From Candidatus Peribacterales bacterium (GTDB lineage: Bacteria > Patescibacteriota > Gracilibacteria > Peribacterales > Peribacteraceae): a stretch of DNA of 26,479 nucleotides. Below the pieces are notes generated by a model that was not told the DNA's origin, did not search any database, and was given only the letters and a program-made list of their open reading frames with translations. The stretch's first letter is position 1. Each line of letters starts with the position of its first letter. Location of the stretch: the NCBI GenBank assembly GCA_020059985.1, contig JAGVCI010000103.1:1-26479 (forward strand). The letters run 5' to 3'. Both the position numbers and the translations under genes were made by a program. Positions 25,324 through 26,479 of this stretch are shown here, piece by piece.

Positions 25324-26478
25324 ATGACCCGCTCTCTGTCCACGCCCTACGGTCGATTTCAGTTCACGCTCGATCGGGTTTTCAAAAAATTGAAGCTGGA
25401 AAAATCCGCAGAAGAGATTTTCACGAAGCCGGAGCGGATTCTCAAGAAAACAATTACCATAAAAAGAGAGAACGGAAAGAGTGCGAAGTACGAGGCGTTC
25501 CGCGTGCAGTTCAATAACGCGCGCGGTCCGTACAAAGGCGGCATCCGCTACCACCCCGAGGCAGACGAGAGCGAAGTGAAGGCGCTCGCGGCGCTCATGG
25601 CGATAAAGACTGCAGTCGTAGATATCCCGTTCGGCGGAGCGAAGGGTGGTGTGCAGGTCGATCCGAAGGAGCTCTCGAAGCGCGAAATCGAAGAACTCTC
25701 ACGCGCGTATGTGCGGGCATTTGTGGATCACTTGGGACCCGATACCGATTGTCCCGCTCCGGATGTGAACACTACTCCGGAGATCATGGCGTGGATGCGC
25801 GACGAGTACGAGAAGATCACGAAGACCGTCGCCCCGGCAATGATCACGGGTAAGCCGCTCTCCTCCGGTGGATCCGTCGGACGTGATACCGCGACCGCGC
25901 GGGGTGGGTTCTTTTTGCTCCAAGAGTTTGTCGCACAGGAGGCACTCAACCCCGGCGAGCTTTCCGTGGCAATCCAGGGATTTGGGAACGCGGGAGCGAC
26001 GATGGCGAAGTACCTGCACGATGCCGGGTTCATCGTTGTTGCGGTGTCGGACTCGCAAGGTGCTCTGTACATGCCCGAGGGGGTGGATCCGGCTCGTATA
26101 GAGAAGTACAAGAAGAAAACTGGATCTGTCTCGGGCGAGTATTGCGAGGGATCGGTTTGCGATCTTGAGAAGATGAAAAAGGATGGCGTCGAGGCGATCT
26201 CGAACGAAGCACTCCTCGAGCTCCCGTGCGATATCCTCATCCCCGCGGCTCTCGACAATGTCATCACGAAGAAGAATGCGACGCAGATTCATGCAAAGTA
26301 CGTTTTCGAACTCGCGAACGGTCCAACAACACCCGAGGCGGATGCCATTCTCGAGGAGAAGGGAATCACGCTGATTCCAGACGTCCTCGCAAATGCTGGT
26401 GGCGTCACGGTGAGTTACTTCGAGTGGCTGCAGGGGAAGTCGGGCGAGCAGTGGACAGAGGAGCGGGTGGATCGCGAA
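25324..26478 (+). CDS. gdhA: Glu/Leu/Phe/Val dehydrogenase (glutamate dehydrogenase), 3'-truncated by the window edge and absent from the ORF track
   Basis: Translated by hand: MTRSLSTP...RGPYKGGIRYHP, PFGGAKGG, GPDTDCPAPDVNT, GGSVGRDTATARG, IQGFGNAG, ELANGPTT and PDVLANAGGVTVSYFEW. Confidence 0.95.
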   Translation, partial: MTRSLSTPYGRFQFTLDRVFKKLKLEKSAEEIFTKPERILKKTITIKRENGKSAKYEAFRVQFNNARGPYKGGIRYHPEADESEVKALAALMAIKTAVVDIPFGGAKGGVQVDPKELSKREIEELSRAYVRAFVDHLGPDTDCPAPDVNTTPEIMAWMRDEYEKITKTVAPAMITGKPLSSGGSVGRDTATARGGFFLLQEFVAQEALNPGELSVAIQGFGNAGATMAKYLHDAGFIVVAVSDSQGALYMPEGVDPARIEKYKKKTGSVSGEYCEGSVCDLEKMKKDGVEAISNEALLELPCDILIPAALDNVITKKNATQIHAKYVFELANGPTTPEADAILEEKGITLIPDVLANAGGVTVSYFEWLQGKSGEQWTEERVDRE

Positions 26479-26479
26479 C

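Noticed and set aside
25699-26374. Several minus-strand and off-frame ORFs near the window end
   Set aside because: Shadows of the glutamate dehydrogenase gene, which the track missed because it has no stop within the window.
1-26479. UGA-to-Gly recoding (genetic code 25) as in some CPR lineages
   Set aside because: Conserved genes are full length under the standard code, and several end properly at TGA.

Overview
Gene-dense bacterial chromosomal window read with the standard genetic code. There is no integrase, transposase, cas gene or CRISPR array. The gene set, orphan ORFs and small palindromic insertions suggest a Patescibacteria/CPR genome, possibly Peribacteria/Peregrinibacteria (inference only). 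Contents: (i) a cell-envelope operon on the minus strand (alpha/beta hydrolase, membrane-anchored MurF-like ligase, DegT-type PLP enzyme, FemABX-type peptidyltransferase) beside a probably catalytically dead polysaccharide deacetylase; (ii) a 788-aa secreted Ca-binding surface protein (TSP3-like motif plus 15 RTX-type repeats) and small secreted proteins and lipoproteins; (iii) tRNA-CAT; (iv) a MacAB-like ABC exporter cluster with two permeases; (v) grpE; (vi) a murL-murD2 pair, the racemase-independent route to D-Glu in peptidoglycan, with a MurL that lacks its usual Cys motif; (vii) tRNA-Leu(CAA) preceded by two truncated copies of its own 5' end, each broken by a different short palindromic element; (viii) a coiled-coil orphan, a highly divergent ribokinase-fold kinase, an orphan signal-less BtuF-like protein with an in-frame palindromic insert, a CADD-like diiron protein and a truncated glutamate dehydrogenase. 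Most first genes of transcription units have a -10 box 6-9 nt upstream of the start codon and no Shine-Dalgarno sequence, suggesting leaderless translation. All family assignments come from motifs recognised by eye in the translations; no search or alignment was run.
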